Virus record (IMG/VR): IMGVR_UViG_3300034358_000008 | Location: 124,001 to 188,000 of that record | Length of the DNA: 64,000 nucleotides | Strand: one strand, 5' to 3' | Shown here: positions 26,482 through 36,572 of the stretch, in pieces | Position numbering within the stretch: position 1 is the first letter of the stretch | Layout: each line of letters opens with the position of its first letter | Notes under the pieces: model-generated | Database searches by the model: none | What the model saw: the letters and a program-made list of their open reading frames with translations, nothing else | Told to the model about the DNA's origin: nothing | Program-made: the position numbers and the translations under genes

Positions 26482-26922
26482 ATGCGTATTGGTTATGAAA
26501 TTTCGAAATACCTCAAAGAAGTCCGCACTCCAGAAGGCAGTGATCGTGTACTTCGGGCTATGATGGTTGCTAACGCCCTTGGCTACCACTTCCCTATTGA
26601 TCCTGCGAAGTCTGCTATTGACAACGCTGCCGACTTTGCTGACGAAGCGCGTAAGGTAGTGGGCCAGATCAATGAGAACCTTTCTCTGGATTCTAAGCTT
26701 GCTCTGGAACTGTTCAAGCAAGTCATTGCAATCCGTCATGAACTGATTGTTGGGGGCTGTGACATCTCGATCATGGAAGCTGCCATGCGCTCCCATACCG
26801 CTGATCAACATCAGACTGGCGCTGAGACTGTAGCTGCTACATCCCTGCTCACTAACCTTGAGTTCATGCGTGCACAGAATGGTATTCGTTCCGTTCTGCA
26901 ATCGCTCGGCACCGAAGGCTAA
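26482..26922 (+). CDS. Virion protein (phiKZ gp85-like)
   Basis: 146 aa; SD AAGG; synteny. Confidence 0.65.
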   Translation: MRIGYEISKYLKEVRTPEGSDRVLRAMMVANALGYHFPIDPAKSAIDNAADFADEARKVVGQINENLSLDSKLALELFKQVIAIRHELIVGGCDISIMEAAMRSHTADQHQTGAETVAATSLLTNLEFMRAQNGIRSVLQSLGTEG

Positions 26923-26933
26923 GGGAGTAGGCT

Positions 26934-27236
26934 ATGGATACCAGTGATGACACAATCCGACATCCTCGTATTACTAAAGCCACCGCTAAAGCTCTTATCG
27001 CCATGGAGAAGATCATCATTGATACTGATATGTCAGTGGTGATCTGTATGGTCAGACTTACTAATGGTCAACGATTGGTTGCGGATGCAATCGTCGCTAA
27101 CTATAAAACGTTTGATCCTGAACGCGGAACACAAATCGCACGAGCCAAGATTATCGATGAGATCATCAGGCTTGAAATGTATGACCTTCGAAAGAAGCTA
27201 CATGAGCAAAAAACTAAAGGAGGTCGGCAATGCTGA
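26934..27236 (+). CDS. N4 Gp49/Sf6 gp66 family protein (Acb4-like nucleotide-sponge candidate)
   Basis: PRIT...ICMVRLTNG...FDPERGTQIARAKIIDEIIRLEMY follows the family pattern C-x3-L-x-NG...FD-x-E-x-G-x2-IAR...LE-x-Y. Confidence 0.65.
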   Translation: MDTSDDTIRHPRITKATAKALIAMEKIIIDTDMSVVICMVRLTNGQRLVADAIVANYKTFDPERGTQIARAKIIDEIIRLEMYDLRKKLHEQKTKGGRQC

Positions 27237-28477
27237 CTGAAACAGAAATTCTGGACGAACAAGTCCAAACTCTTGACGAAGCATTGGATAAGCTGGAAGA
27301 ACATTCTGCTGAACCCATCACTCCGAATGAGCTAGGTGACGTTGACGCCGGTCATGCATTGTCCGTTACCGTTGAATGCCTTAAAGCTACTCGTGATCTT
27401 TACCACACCATCTCCCAAGAAGGTGTATCTGCTGCTGACGTTCAAGCTCTACGCAGTATTCGTGATCGGATGTCGCCGTATATGACCCTGACTCCAAAGG
27501 TTGCTTTGGAAGCTTATGAAGGGATGTTTACGCCTAATCGTAGTATGATTAACCAAGTCATTTCGCAAGAAGCTACTCTGGCTGAAATCGGTACTACGCT
27601 TAAGGAATGGTTCTTCAAGTTCTTGGACTTCGTGATCAAGATCGTTGACTGGTGTCGTGTTGTATGGAACTCGGAAGAAGCAGTACGCATTCGACTGAAG
27701 GCTCTAGACTCTAACCTGCAAAGCATGTACAACGCATTCGATGATTGCTTGGTACGTAACAAGTTGGCAGGTGTGGACATGTTGCCACAACTGACTGCTA
27801 TCGCTAAGGTAGTGTTGACCGATCCTAAATTGACTCGTTCTGAAGCTATGTTGATTGCATTTGGCCTGAAAGGTCATGACTCGGTTATTGTCCATGGTGA
27901 CAAAGACATCGACTACACCTTTAACTTGCTTATGAAAGATGTGGCTTCTCTGAAGACCCACGTTGAACAGAACAAGCCAATGGCAGTTGGTATTGACTTC
28001 GCTACTGATCTCCATGTAACTGCTGAAGCAATGGAAGAACTGTTGGTTGCTACCGACGAAGTAGATTTCTTCTTTGATCATCTCGGCACTGAGTTCTGGA
28101 TGCATCCGAAGCGTTTGGTGGGTCGTCCTATCTATGCTCCATCGCACAACATCCTTCAAGTACAACGTCTGGCTAAAGAGTTCCGTACTATCAAACGTAA
28201 CGTGAACTTTGATAACCTCAAAGAAGTAGACATCTTGGTACAGACCGTAGAGAATATCTCGGGTTGTGTTCAAGGGTTGGAACGAGTGATTGCCTTTAAG
28301 CAAAAGCTGTACGGTGATTACTATAAGGCCTCCGCTACAATGGCTAACTTCTATATCCGTGGTCGTGATGTCCTGATTGACCAGATCGCTAAGAATGGTG
28401 ATGAAGACATTAACCGTGTGGTATTGACCAAGCTTAATAAAGTTTGGGATGAGATCCTCAAGAAGATGGGTATGTAA
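27230..28477 (+). CDS. Virion head protein (phiKZ gp86-like)
   Basis: 415 aa; acidic N-terminus with ALE and SQE sites, followed by LKEWFFKFLDFVIKIVDW helix. Confidence 0.7.
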   Translation: MLTETEILDEQVQTLDEALDKLEEHSAEPITPNELGDVDAGHALSVTVECLKATRDLYHTISQEGVSAADVQALRSIRDRMSPYMTLTPKVALEAYEGMFTPNRSMINQVISQEATLAEIGTTLKEWFFKFLDFVIKIVDWCRVVWNSEEAVRIRLKALDSNLQSMYNAFDDCLVRNKLAGVDMLPQLTAIAKVVLTDPKLTRSEAMLIAFGLKGHDSVIVHGDKDIDYTFNLLMKDVASLKTHVEQNKPMAVGIDFATDLHVTAEAMEELLVATDEVDFFFDHLGTEFWMHPKRLVGRPIYAPSHNILQVQRLAKEFRTIKRNVNFDNLKEVDILVQTVENISGCVQGLERVIAFKQKLYGDYYKASATMANFYIRGRDVLIDQIAKNGDEDINRVVLTKLNKVWDEILKKMGM

Positions 28478-28519
28478 CAGCATAAAGCCCCTGCGGTTAA
28501 GCAGGGGCAATATGTCGTC

Positions 28520-31444
28520 TTAGACGGGATCAAGCGTGTGACGGTACCAGTTAAACACAACGTCATCTTCAACGGTGAGTTCTTGGTTAGGCAGTACTGT
28601 CAGTTTCTTACGAATGGCCAAACGTACAGCATCATCTTCAACAGTCAAGATGGTGAAGTTGTTAGTACCACCCAGACCAGCCGCTTCGATAGCCATTACG
28701 TCATCACCCGAAGTTTCCTTCAGCTTAGAGATAATGTCAGACATGCTGATTGTGCTACGTTGCAGATACTCGTTAACGACACGCTTAGCGTTCGCAATGA
28801 GGCTAGGACGAATCGTAGGGTTGGTGTAGCCAGGCTTGCTGAGATAGAAGCTCATGCTAAACGCTTGATCTACAGGAATGGTTACCTGCTGACCTTCACG
28901 GATACTTGCTACGGTGTCACCATAGGTCGTGGTTGGGTAAAGGAACAACTCGGCCTCACTCAACAGACGTGCATCCAAAGCAGCGATGTCGTTCTGAATC
29001 CACGTTACGATTTCCATAGGGATCTCTTGTGCGTAAGCAGCGGCATCCCGTTCGTTAGCGTAGTAGAACAAACCATCAACCATGAACAGCGTGGTCTCGT
29101 ACAACAGCTTACGTGGCTCCAACAGAATCGGATTACCATCCGCATCGATGATCGGGTCACCAGCACGATGATCCATTACTGGATTACCTTGTTCATCCAA
29201 CACAGGGTCACCCACTTTGTGGAGTACCTTGTAGTCGAGCGTTCCATCTGGCTTGACTGTGATAATAACGTTACCGTTAGCATCCGTCTCGTAGATCGTA
29301 GTGGTGTAATAAGCTGGCACGTTATGGTCGTACTTCTTATAGCTCTCAGAACTCAACACAGGGCGACTACGACGCCACAACCGACTAAGGTCGTAACCGA
29401 GTGTAGTCTTCAACCGTTCACGAGTAACGGTCATGAACTGATCTGGCAACAAATGTACCTGAACCATTTCATCAAGGTCGTTAGGTTGATAGCCTGGAGT
29501 AATGGAGTTAACCACGCAGATCGTAATATCCAGATTCGTGAGCAATGGAGCGAAGTAGTTATTCTGCACTTCACTAAACATACTCATGTTGGTAGTACGA
29601 AGTTCACCAGCACTGTTAAGGTCGAAGTTAGACTCGATCTCGAATTCAAAGATTCGTTCAGCGTCTTGAATACCAACCTGTTTACCGTTTACCGATGCCC
29701 AACGTTTCTCACCCTCTGGTTGATAACCGATTTGTACCAACACTTGGTTATCTTCCAACTTACGGAACTGTTCACCCGATTCCAACTTGATACGAATACC
29801 GTAACCTTTAGGAGTGCGATAGATGTCGTACTCTTTGATTGCTACTTGAAGGTTAGCCGTATCGTTCTCACCCACAAACAGTTTCTGAGTGACAGTCGGT
29901 TTGTCCAAGTAGTAAGGGCGCATGTCGAAGTTGTTATTCGTAGCATCCAGCACGTTGTGGAATGGCGAATACACGTAACGAGAGTTGTTCATCTCACGAG
30001 CACGTTGTTCAGCTGACATTCCATCCAATCGATCGATAGCATCATCGGACAATGGAGTCACTTTACCTTGATTAAAGGCGTAAAGCATGGAAGGCAACAG
30101 AGTTTGTCGCAGACCGTTGTCAGATACATGCTGAGAGCCCGAGATACTGTCCATGTTGAACGTAATCTGTGACATGGCTACACCTGCCCCAGAAACAACA
30201 TCGAGGGCTTCTGGGGTACCTAGACGCCGTGAGGCGAGGTATTCCAAATTGGTGATGTTATCGACGTTAGTTACCAATGCATAACCACGACGATCCAACT
30301 GAGCGGAAAGCTGTACGTTAGTAATCGGAGTTTGCATCGGACCCAAGGTGTTGTTGATAACTTGTTCCCGCAGTGTTTCGAAAGCCATTGCGTTAGCACC
30401 ACCTGTTACACGTTGACGCGCCAAAGGCTGACAAGTCGTGAGGGTTTCCAGTGGAGCAGAAAACGTTTTGTCATCATCAATCGAGTTGAACTTAATAGTG
30501 AACTCGTTATCTTGGATCGTACCCATATCACGATCCAATTCCCCCAGTGTAGTATAGATGTCGATCCGAATAGAACCTTCAGCCATACCAGTAGTTACAT
30601 AAACCGTGGGGATACTTACTTTCAGGATGTTGTTCACAACCTTGAACACTACGGTTAGATCCATAGGGTCGTAAGTCAGAGCAGAGTGAGTCGTAGTGAT
30701 CTCATCCCATGACTCTTCGTTATCACGAGAGATATAAGCACGAGCGTAGTAGAACTGGTTATCGAATGTGTAATCCGTTTGGAACAGATCCTCAGGGTTA
30801 AGCACATCCGAATAGCTACGTACTTGGAACTGATAGACGGGGATAGTCATTGCCATCAAACGACGACGTTGGTTATCCACCTTCGATATCATCATGTCCC
30901 ATTCAACGATGTTAGTGGTCAACGCTTGAATTGGGGATTCTTTATCCAATACGTATTCTACTGTAACACCACCGTGACGCATTACTGTCATCTGGATCGG
31001 GTACTGCATTGTGAATGGTAGACCAGCTGCTCCGAATTGAGTCAGTCGTGGGATAACCAAACGTTTGAGTCCCTGATCCCCAAATGGTACAGCCTTAGCT
31101 ATGATCTCATCGTAGTCCAAGAACAACATCCATGGAGTGCTCGCTGGAATAGCAAAGCGACCCAAGTAGTCATCATCAGACATGTGGAGATACAGTTCAT
31201 CTTGAGTGAGTGCTTGACGTGCATACAAACGACGCATCAAGGCTTCGATCTCACTGATGTTAGCAGCAGTTTCGATACTACCGCATTCCATCAGGTACAC
31301 GAACGGGAGAGTACCATCCGGTACATCGTAAGTCGGGTTAGCTGGATCTGGGTTTAGCTGTGAATCCAATTCGTCTAGCATCAACGATTGAATCAAACTC
31401 GGGTTACGTAGAACCTCGTAAAGGTTATCTTTAAAACTGCTCAT
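28520..31444 (-). CDS. Baseplate (wedge-like) structural protein (phiKZ gp87-like)
   Basis: 974 aa; IYTTLG...TGGAN..FETLR resembles baseplate J/T4 gp6; synteny. Confidence 0.7.
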   Translation of the reverse strand: MSSFKDNLYEVLRNPSLIQSLMLDELDSQLNPDPANPTYDVPDGTLPFVYLMECGSIETAANISEIEALMRRLYARQALTQDELYLHMSDDDYLGRFAIPASTPWMLFLDYDEIIAKAVPFGDQGLKRLVIPRLTQFGAAGLPFTMQYPIQMTVMRHGGVTVEYVLDKESPIQALTTNIVEWDMMISKVDNQRRRLMAMTIPVYQFQVRSYSDVLNPEDLFQTDYTFDNQFYYARAYISRDNEESWDEITTTHSALTYDPMDLTVVFKVVNNILKVSIPTVYVTTGMAEGSIRIDIYTTLGELDRDMGTIQDNEFTIKFNSIDDDKTFSAPLETLTTCQPLARQRVTGGANAMAFETLREQVINNTLGPMQTPITNVQLSAQLDRRGYALVTNVDNITNLEYLASRRLGTPEALDVVSGAGVAMSQITFNMDSISGSQHVSDNGLRQTLLPSMLYAFNQGKVTPLSDDAIDRLDGMSAEQRAREMNNSRYVYSPFHNVLDATNNNFDMRPYYLDKPTVTQKLFVGENDTANLQVAIKEYDIYRTPKGYGIRIKLESGEQFRKLEDNQVLVQIGYQPEGEKRWASVNGKQVGIQDAERIFEFEIESNFDLNSAGELRTTNMSMFSEVQNNYFAPLLTNLDITICVVNSITPGYQPNDLDEMVQVHLLPDQFMTVTRERLKTTLGYDLSRLWRRSRPVLSSESYKKYDHNVPAYYTTTIYETDANGNVIITVKPDGTLDYKVLHKVGDPVLDEQGNPVMDHRAGDPIIDADGNPILLEPRKLLYETTLFMVDGLFYYANERDAAAYAQEIPMEIVTWIQNDIAALDARLLSEAELFLYPTTTYGDTVASIREGQQVTIPVDQAFSMSFYLSKPGYTNPTIRPSLIANAKRVVNEYLQRSTISMSDIISKLKETSGDDVMAIEAAGLGGTNNFTILTVEDDAVRLAIRKKLTVLPNQELTVEDDVVFNWYRHTLDPV

Positions 31445-31453
31445 TGAAGTTCC

Positions 31454-32503
31454 TTATTGCTGATCTTGGTAATTTAGTTTGAGGTTACCACCAAAGCGTG
31501 CTTCGTATTCACTACGTAGTACATGCCATTCCAGTTCGTTGTGAGCTTCCACATTGATGTATGGATAAGCTTCAAAGTTGAACCAGTCTTTCTCGTTAGG
31601 CTTCAATTTAACTGTGGCCTGACCACGAGCTTCATCGCGCATCGCTGGGTTGAATTCCTGAACCAATTCATTAAACTCATAAATGAGGATATAGTCGTAA
31701 ATTGTCAACCCCATGCACCGCCAACTAAAGTTCAGTTGATCACTCACAGTTTGGTAAGGAGATTCAGCACCGTCACCTGTAAAGTTAAGGCCTTGACCAG
31801 TAGGGGCGTTCATAGCAAGACAGGCTCCAGGAGCCGCCACACGTTGAACGTACGTTTTGGTGGAATCCATCACCAAGCGATAGATACGGATGTTAGCATC
31901 GTACTCATTAAGCATTACCAACTCAGGATAGGGCATAATCCGGCCTTCCCGGTTAAGGCCCATGTAGATTTCCATCATTGCCATCATCCATGTTATAGGA
32001 TCTCCGTCAATGTTACGGGTTGTCATCTGTAGGTCATAAGTACCATATTGGTACGGAACGTCGTCTACATATGCCATCACATCACGATACACACCCGGAG
32101 TCGTAGTACTCAGGTTCAGCGTGAAGTCTTCCCAACCGGTAAGACTAATTAGGTTGTTGGACAACAAAGGCATGAACGGGTTGAGTGGGTCCACTCCTGG
32201 GCACCAGTCAGTACCTTTCTCTTTGTGTTGTTCTGGATCTAGATATGCTCGGACTCGGCGTTCGATACTCCATGGGTTTGGGTTTAGCAACATTTGCAAC
32301 CGTCGATCGACCATGCAGTTTGATTCAGACAAATTTAGATACGGACGTGTAAAGAATGTGTAACCGTGGTTCTCTGTGTTTAGAGGTACGGCGTTGTTAC
32401 GGCCAGTAATATTCAACCCGCGAAAGGTATCATGTACAGCTTGATCCCGCGGAGACAAACCCGTGTTCTTAATAATCTGATTGATGAAATCACTTAAAGC
32501 CAT
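31454..32503 (-). CDS. Tail/baseplate structural protein (phiKZ gp88-like)
   Basis: 349 aa; GYTFFTRP motif; upstream of and co-oriented with gp87-like. Confidence 0.65.
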   Translation of the reverse strand: MALSDFINQIIKNTGLSPRDQAVHDTFRGLNITGRNNAVPLNTENHGYTFFTRPYLNLSESNCMVDRRLQMLLNPNPWSIERRVRAYLDPEQHKEKGTDWCPGVDPLNPFMPLLSNNLISLTGWEDFTLNLSTTTPGVYRDVMAYVDDVPYQYGTYDLQMTTRNIDGDPITWMMAMMEIYMGLNREGRIMPYPELVMLNEYDANIRIYRLVMDSTKTYVQRVAAPGACLAMNAPTGQGLNFTGDGAESPYQTVSDQLNFSWRCMGLTIYDYILIYEFNELVQEFNPAMRDEARGQATVKLKPNEKDWFNFEAYPYINVEAHNELEWHVLRSEYEARFGGNLKLNYQDQQ

Positions 32504-32540
32504 TTTCTTAATCTCTTAGTCAATTAAAGGAAGAGAGAGT

Positions 32541-33740
32541 ATGCCATTACCAATTGTTAACTCCGCAATTCGTGGAGACGCTGGTGCTATCGGTCGCGAC
32601 CTGATGGCGACAGTACTGACTGCTGCGAAATCGATGAGTAGCATTAGCTCGCTCGCTGATATTACTAAGCCGCTGCGAGTAGAACCCATCACCATTATCG
32701 ATCAGACCATCGCTGATCAGCCATACATCTTAGACCTACTCAAATTGAGTGTTAGTCTCTATGCCGGTTATTACCTGCAAGCGGTTAACATGGTATTCGG
32801 TGTTGGTAAGATTGATACCCTGAAGGTATTTGATTCGCTTAACCCTGAGCGTAGTGGTGCCAGTGCACTGGGCTTTGAGAACTTCCGCACGGCGGTGTAC
32901 TCTCATGAAACCTATGCCAATGGCCTACCGGCTCTGGAAGCGTTTTCTCGTCCAGTACGTGAAGGTTTGATTGCTGAATATTCGGAAGAGAAGTATAAAG
33001 CTGCTCTGGAAGCATTCGGCGGTAAGAACGACGACGCGTCTGATCAGACCGGCGATAAGAGTCCAATTCACAGTATGTCCTCTGGGGATTCTCAGAAAGT
33101 TTATGAGGCTGAAAACCTCGCTGTAGGCAAGCTGGTCAACGTTGAAGTTAAGTCTGGTAACGAGAAAGCTAAGCTGCCGGTTCTGATTAAACTCATTCCT
33201 GCAATCGTGCCTTCCGATACAATCACTCATATCTTTACTGCTGGTGGACGTGATACTTGGGCTCACCGCCTGTTCCTGGTGAAGTCTGGTCAGATTAAAT
33301 TCTGGCGCGACTTCGTAATGGGTCAGGATATGATCGATGCACACATGACTGCATTGATGTCCGATAAGTCGGGTGTTTACAAGACTATCCTTGATCGTCG
33401 TCGTAACAACGTAGCACAAGCTATCCAGTCTGGCCGCTTGAGTCTGGCGGATGCTTCGAACATCGCAGTTATCTCCGGTAGCACCATGAAGAAATCGGCG
33501 AACACTCTCTACGCTAAGATCGATGATGTTAACGTACGTAAGAAGTTCTTCGATAACTCCTACCTGCTGATGATGATGGTAGTTGACGAACGTTGGAACC
33601 GTGTAACCATCTATCACCGTGGTGTTGATCTGGCTTCTAGCTGGAGAATCGACGACATCAAGATCGCTGAGAAATCGAAAGGTCAGGACATCACTGAGAT
33701 CTTCAAAATGTTCAGCAAACAAATGCACACTAACATCTAA
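32541..33740 (+). CDS. Virion head/inner-body protein (phiKZ gp89-like)
   Basis: 399 aa; GFE and ALE processing sites; synteny. Confidence 0.7.
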   Translation: MPLPIVNSAIRGDAGAIGRDLMATVLTAAKSMSSISSLADITKPLRVEPITIIDQTIADQPYILDLLKLSVSLYAGYYLQAVNMVFGVGKIDTLKVFDSLNPERSGASALGFENFRTAVYSHETYANGLPALEAFSRPVREGLIAEYSEEKYKAALEAFGGKNDDASDQTGDKSPIHSMSSGDSQKVYEAENLAVGKLVNVEVKSGNEKAKLPVLIKLIPAIVPSDTITHIFTAGGRDTWAHRLFLVKSGQIKFWRDFVMGQDMIDAHMTALMSDKSGVYKTILDRRRNNVAQAIQSGRLSLADASNIAVISGSTMKKSANTLYAKIDDVNVRKKFFDNSYLLMMMVVDERWNRVTIYHRGVDLASSWRIDDIKIAEKSKGQDITEIFKMFSKQMHTNI

Positions 33741-33751
33741 AGGAACTCACG

Positions 33752-34645
33752 ATGAGCATTCTTTCTTTCATTGAATCGCTGCCCGCAGTAATGGAGCGGC
33801 GTCAAGTAATGACTGTCGTTGATCAGCTGAAGATGGAGTACGACGATACCGTTGCTCCTTTCATCGACGAAGTCCGTGAGGCCTTTGCTGGCGTACCGAT
33901 GAAGTCCATGCTGATGAAGCGGATGGATACTACCCATCGTCGTTACGTTAGCTTCCAAGGTAACTCCTTGGGTCTGATCCTCAACAACCTTTCGAACATC
34001 CGTAGTTCTTTTGACATCATCGAAAAAGATGTTAAGACTGCGTTCAGTGTTCAGTTCACCAATAACAACATGTCCTTCGAACGTGCAAACGTTTTGAAGT
34101 TCATTGAAGCTCTGGCCTTCTACATCCGGTATGCTCGTAAGTTCATGCTGTTTGCTATCGCTCAGGAATCTCTGGCTGTAGGTAAAGCTACCGCTCCTAA
34201 GTGGTCTGCTGCTGAATCGGAATGGGTTGACACCAACATGGATCAGTTCGCTGGTCTGTACGTCACCATGAGTCTGCCACCAGCTGAGTTCAAGTCCCGT
34301 ATCGCTAAAGCATCTAATGCCACTGTAGATCCGCAGACCTTCCAACTGGCTCAACAGTCTTTGGGTGCTCAGAAAACTGACCCACTGGAAATGGACGGTT
34401 TCTCTCCACGTCAAAACCCATTCATGATGATGGGCAAGTTCTTGGCTGAGATGCAAGTTAACCGTTACCACGAAGCTAAGGAAGAATTCTACGGTCTGCA
34501 ACTGCGACTGCAAGAACTCAAAGACCTTACTAATGGTGAGCCATCTAACCCAGTTATCCAGAAGCAGATCCAAGCTTACGAGAAACGTATTTCTGAATAT
34601 GAATACGAGATGCGTAAGACTGAAGAGAAAGCTGGCCTGCACTAA
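33752..34645 (+). CDS. Virion head protein (phiKZ gp90-like)
   Basis: 297 aa; C-terminal coiled coil; SD AAGGA; synteny. Confidence 0.7.
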   Translation: MSILSFIESLPAVMERRQVMTVVDQLKMEYDDTVAPFIDEVREAFAGVPMKSMLMKRMDTTHRRYVSFQGNSLGLILNNLSNIRSSFDIIEKDVKTAFSVQFTNNNMSFERANVLKFIEALAFYIRYARKFMLFAIAQESLAVGKATAPKWSAAESEWVDTNMDQFAGLYVTMSLPPAEFKSRIAKASNATVDPQTFQLAQQSLGAQKTDPLEMDGFSPRQNPFMMMGKFLAEMQVNRYHEAKEEFYGLQLRLQELKDLTNGEPSNPVIQKQIQAYEKRISEYEYEMRKTEEKAGLH

Positions 34646-34654
34646 GGAGGCACC

Positions 34655-35188
34655 ATGGCGACTAATGCTGTTAAACCCTTTGACGGTAATCGCGAATACT
34701 CCGGTGGGCAATCTAAGCCTGGCAAACGATTCGAGATGCGTCAAGGTGATCCACGGGTTCATGAACTGTTTGTAGAGTTCACCAACTTCCCTAAGATCGC
34801 TACCACTTGGAACTTCCAGAAGCGTGTAGTCGATCTGGCCCAAGAACTGTTCGCTGGTGATTACAGTTGGTTTATCCGTCAGGATTCCAATGCCATGCTT
34901 ACCGATCAGAACTACGCGTTCGTATTGGACACCATTCGCTTCATCGCAAGTGGTACACGTAAGTTCAGTATCCACACTTGGCCTGCTCTGGTTTCTTACA
35001 ATGTTCCTATTGTGACGGAATCGGTTGAAGGTCGTCGTGAGATCTACTTCATGATGGATAAGCTGGATGTCCCAACGGACTCGGCTAAGATCATTCAGAA
35101 GTGGTTGTCTCATAAAGGCGGTTTCGATGATCTGATGTATACCCTACATCTTCTGTTCGGTACTGTCCCTGAGCAAGTTAACCGCTAG
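34655..35188 (+). CDS. Virion protein (phiKZ gp91-like)
   Basis: 177 aa; SD AAGGAGG; synteny. Confidence 0.7.
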   Translation: MATNAVKPFDGNREYSGGQSKPGKRFEMRQGDPRVHELFVEFTNFPKIATTWNFQKRVVDLAQELFAGDYSWFIRQDSNAMLTDQNYAFVLDTIRFIASGTRKFSIHTWPALVSYNVPIVTESVEGRREIYFMMDKLDVPTDSAKIIQKWLSHKGGFDDLMYTLHLLFGTVPEQVNR

Positions 35189-35196
35189 GAGGGATT

Positions 35197-36507
35197 ATGG
35201 TTAATTCCATTAACCAGTCCCAACCTGATAATCTCGGCGGGGTAACACCCGCCGATTTTAACGTCTTGTCTAACGAGTACTTCGCTTCACTAGAATTTCA
35301 CAAGTTACAGTCGGATAAATTGATTGAGGAAATGGTTGCTTTAGAGCAACTCTTTATCGTTATTGAGCATGGTGAATCCCAGCTTATCGGTTATGCCCTC
35401 GAGAAATATAACCTGACTGAAGTGATCTCTACTGAAGACGCTGACCGTGCGGCTATGCAGGCTTGGGAACGAGTGAAAGTAAACATGCGTAGATTCCAGA
35501 GCGATCTGTTCGGCTATGCAAAAGTAATCCAGTCTGGGTCAGAACGTTTGGTTGAACGCCTTGAGATGTTGGCAGAGATGGCTAATAAGGCTAACTCTAA
35601 ACCTTTCAAGGAAGAAGTCGCCGTTAAGAAGAATGCTAAGTTCTCTATCAATGGTGGATTCCAACCTAAAGACATTCGTCCAGTATTGGAAGGTACTAAC
35701 AATCTCTTTGATTTCTATGACCGAGTTCTGTTACCGTTCTTGAAGCAAGCAGACAAGCTACTCAGTACAGTGCAGACCGATCAAACTTGGGCTGACGATG
35801 GCGACATGCGATTCGAGTTGTTCGAAGCCAGTAAATGGATGAAGAACTTCACCCCTCTGGAAGAACCAGATGATCGTTTCCGTGCATCAGCTTTCGTAGT
35901 TCGTGGTGTTACTGCCCAAGGCGAGAAAGCTTTGTACTACGCTGGCCCTAAACCAGATGATAGCGAACATGCTAAAGACTGGGGTTACTTCATCAACGTG
36001 GTTCGATCGTTACGCTTGCGGTATGTTAAAGTACCTGACGTAGTACCGGTCAATGGATCGGATAGTAATATCAAAGTAGATCCCCCTACGACTATCCGGC
36101 AACGGGTAAGTTATTTGTTGGGTATCGCTAAACGTATTGCTGCACGAAAAGGTTACGACCAGAAGATCTCTACTGAAATGCGTAAGCTTGAGCGATCAGC
36201 GGATAAGATCCGTAACGGTGCTCGAAACATGAAGCCTACGTTAAAAGATGGAGTGGGTGGTGATCTTGGTAATGATGACGACGATAACGAAGAACAAGGG
36301 TCTCAACCTAACACTTCCAAAATCGTACAAGACTTGACCACGATCATGAACTCCATGACTCGTCTAGTGAGTGACTACAATAACGCCGTTGCTGGACAAC
36401 TCAGACTGCTCGGAGCCATGGGCTTTATTGCGGATCTTGAGCTTAAGGCGTATGAAGCACCGATGGATAAACCTGAACCAGAAGTCCAAGCGAAACTCGA
36501 CCAATAG
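35197..36507 (+). CDS. Virion head protein (phiKZ gp92-like)
   Basis: 436 aa; SLE, ALE and STE sites in the N-terminal ~80 aa. Confidence 0.7.
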   Translation: MVNSINQSQPDNLGGVTPADFNVLSNEYFASLEFHKLQSDKLIEEMVALEQLFIVIEHGESQLIGYALEKYNLTEVISTEDADRAAMQAWERVKVNMRRFQSDLFGYAKVIQSGSERLVERLEMLAEMANKANSKPFKEEVAVKKNAKFSINGGFQPKDIRPVLEGTNNLFDFYDRVLLPFLKQADKLLSTVQTDQTWADDGDMRFELFEASKWMKNFTPLEEPDDRFRASAFVVRGVTAQGEKALYYAGPKPDDSEHAKDWGYFINVVRSLRLRYVKVPDVVPVNGSDSNIKVDPPTTIRQRVSYLLGIAKRIAARKGYDQKISTEMRKLERSADKIRNGARNMKPTLKDGVGGDLGNDDDDNEEQGSQPNTSKIVQDLTTIMNSMTRLVSDYNNAVAGQLRLLGAMGFIADLELKAYEAPMDKPEPEVQAKLDQ

Positions 36508-36572
36508 CCAAGTGGGAACCTACGTGGTTCCCATTATGCTATGTTATTCTAATTCCCAAGAGAGTCTAGAAC

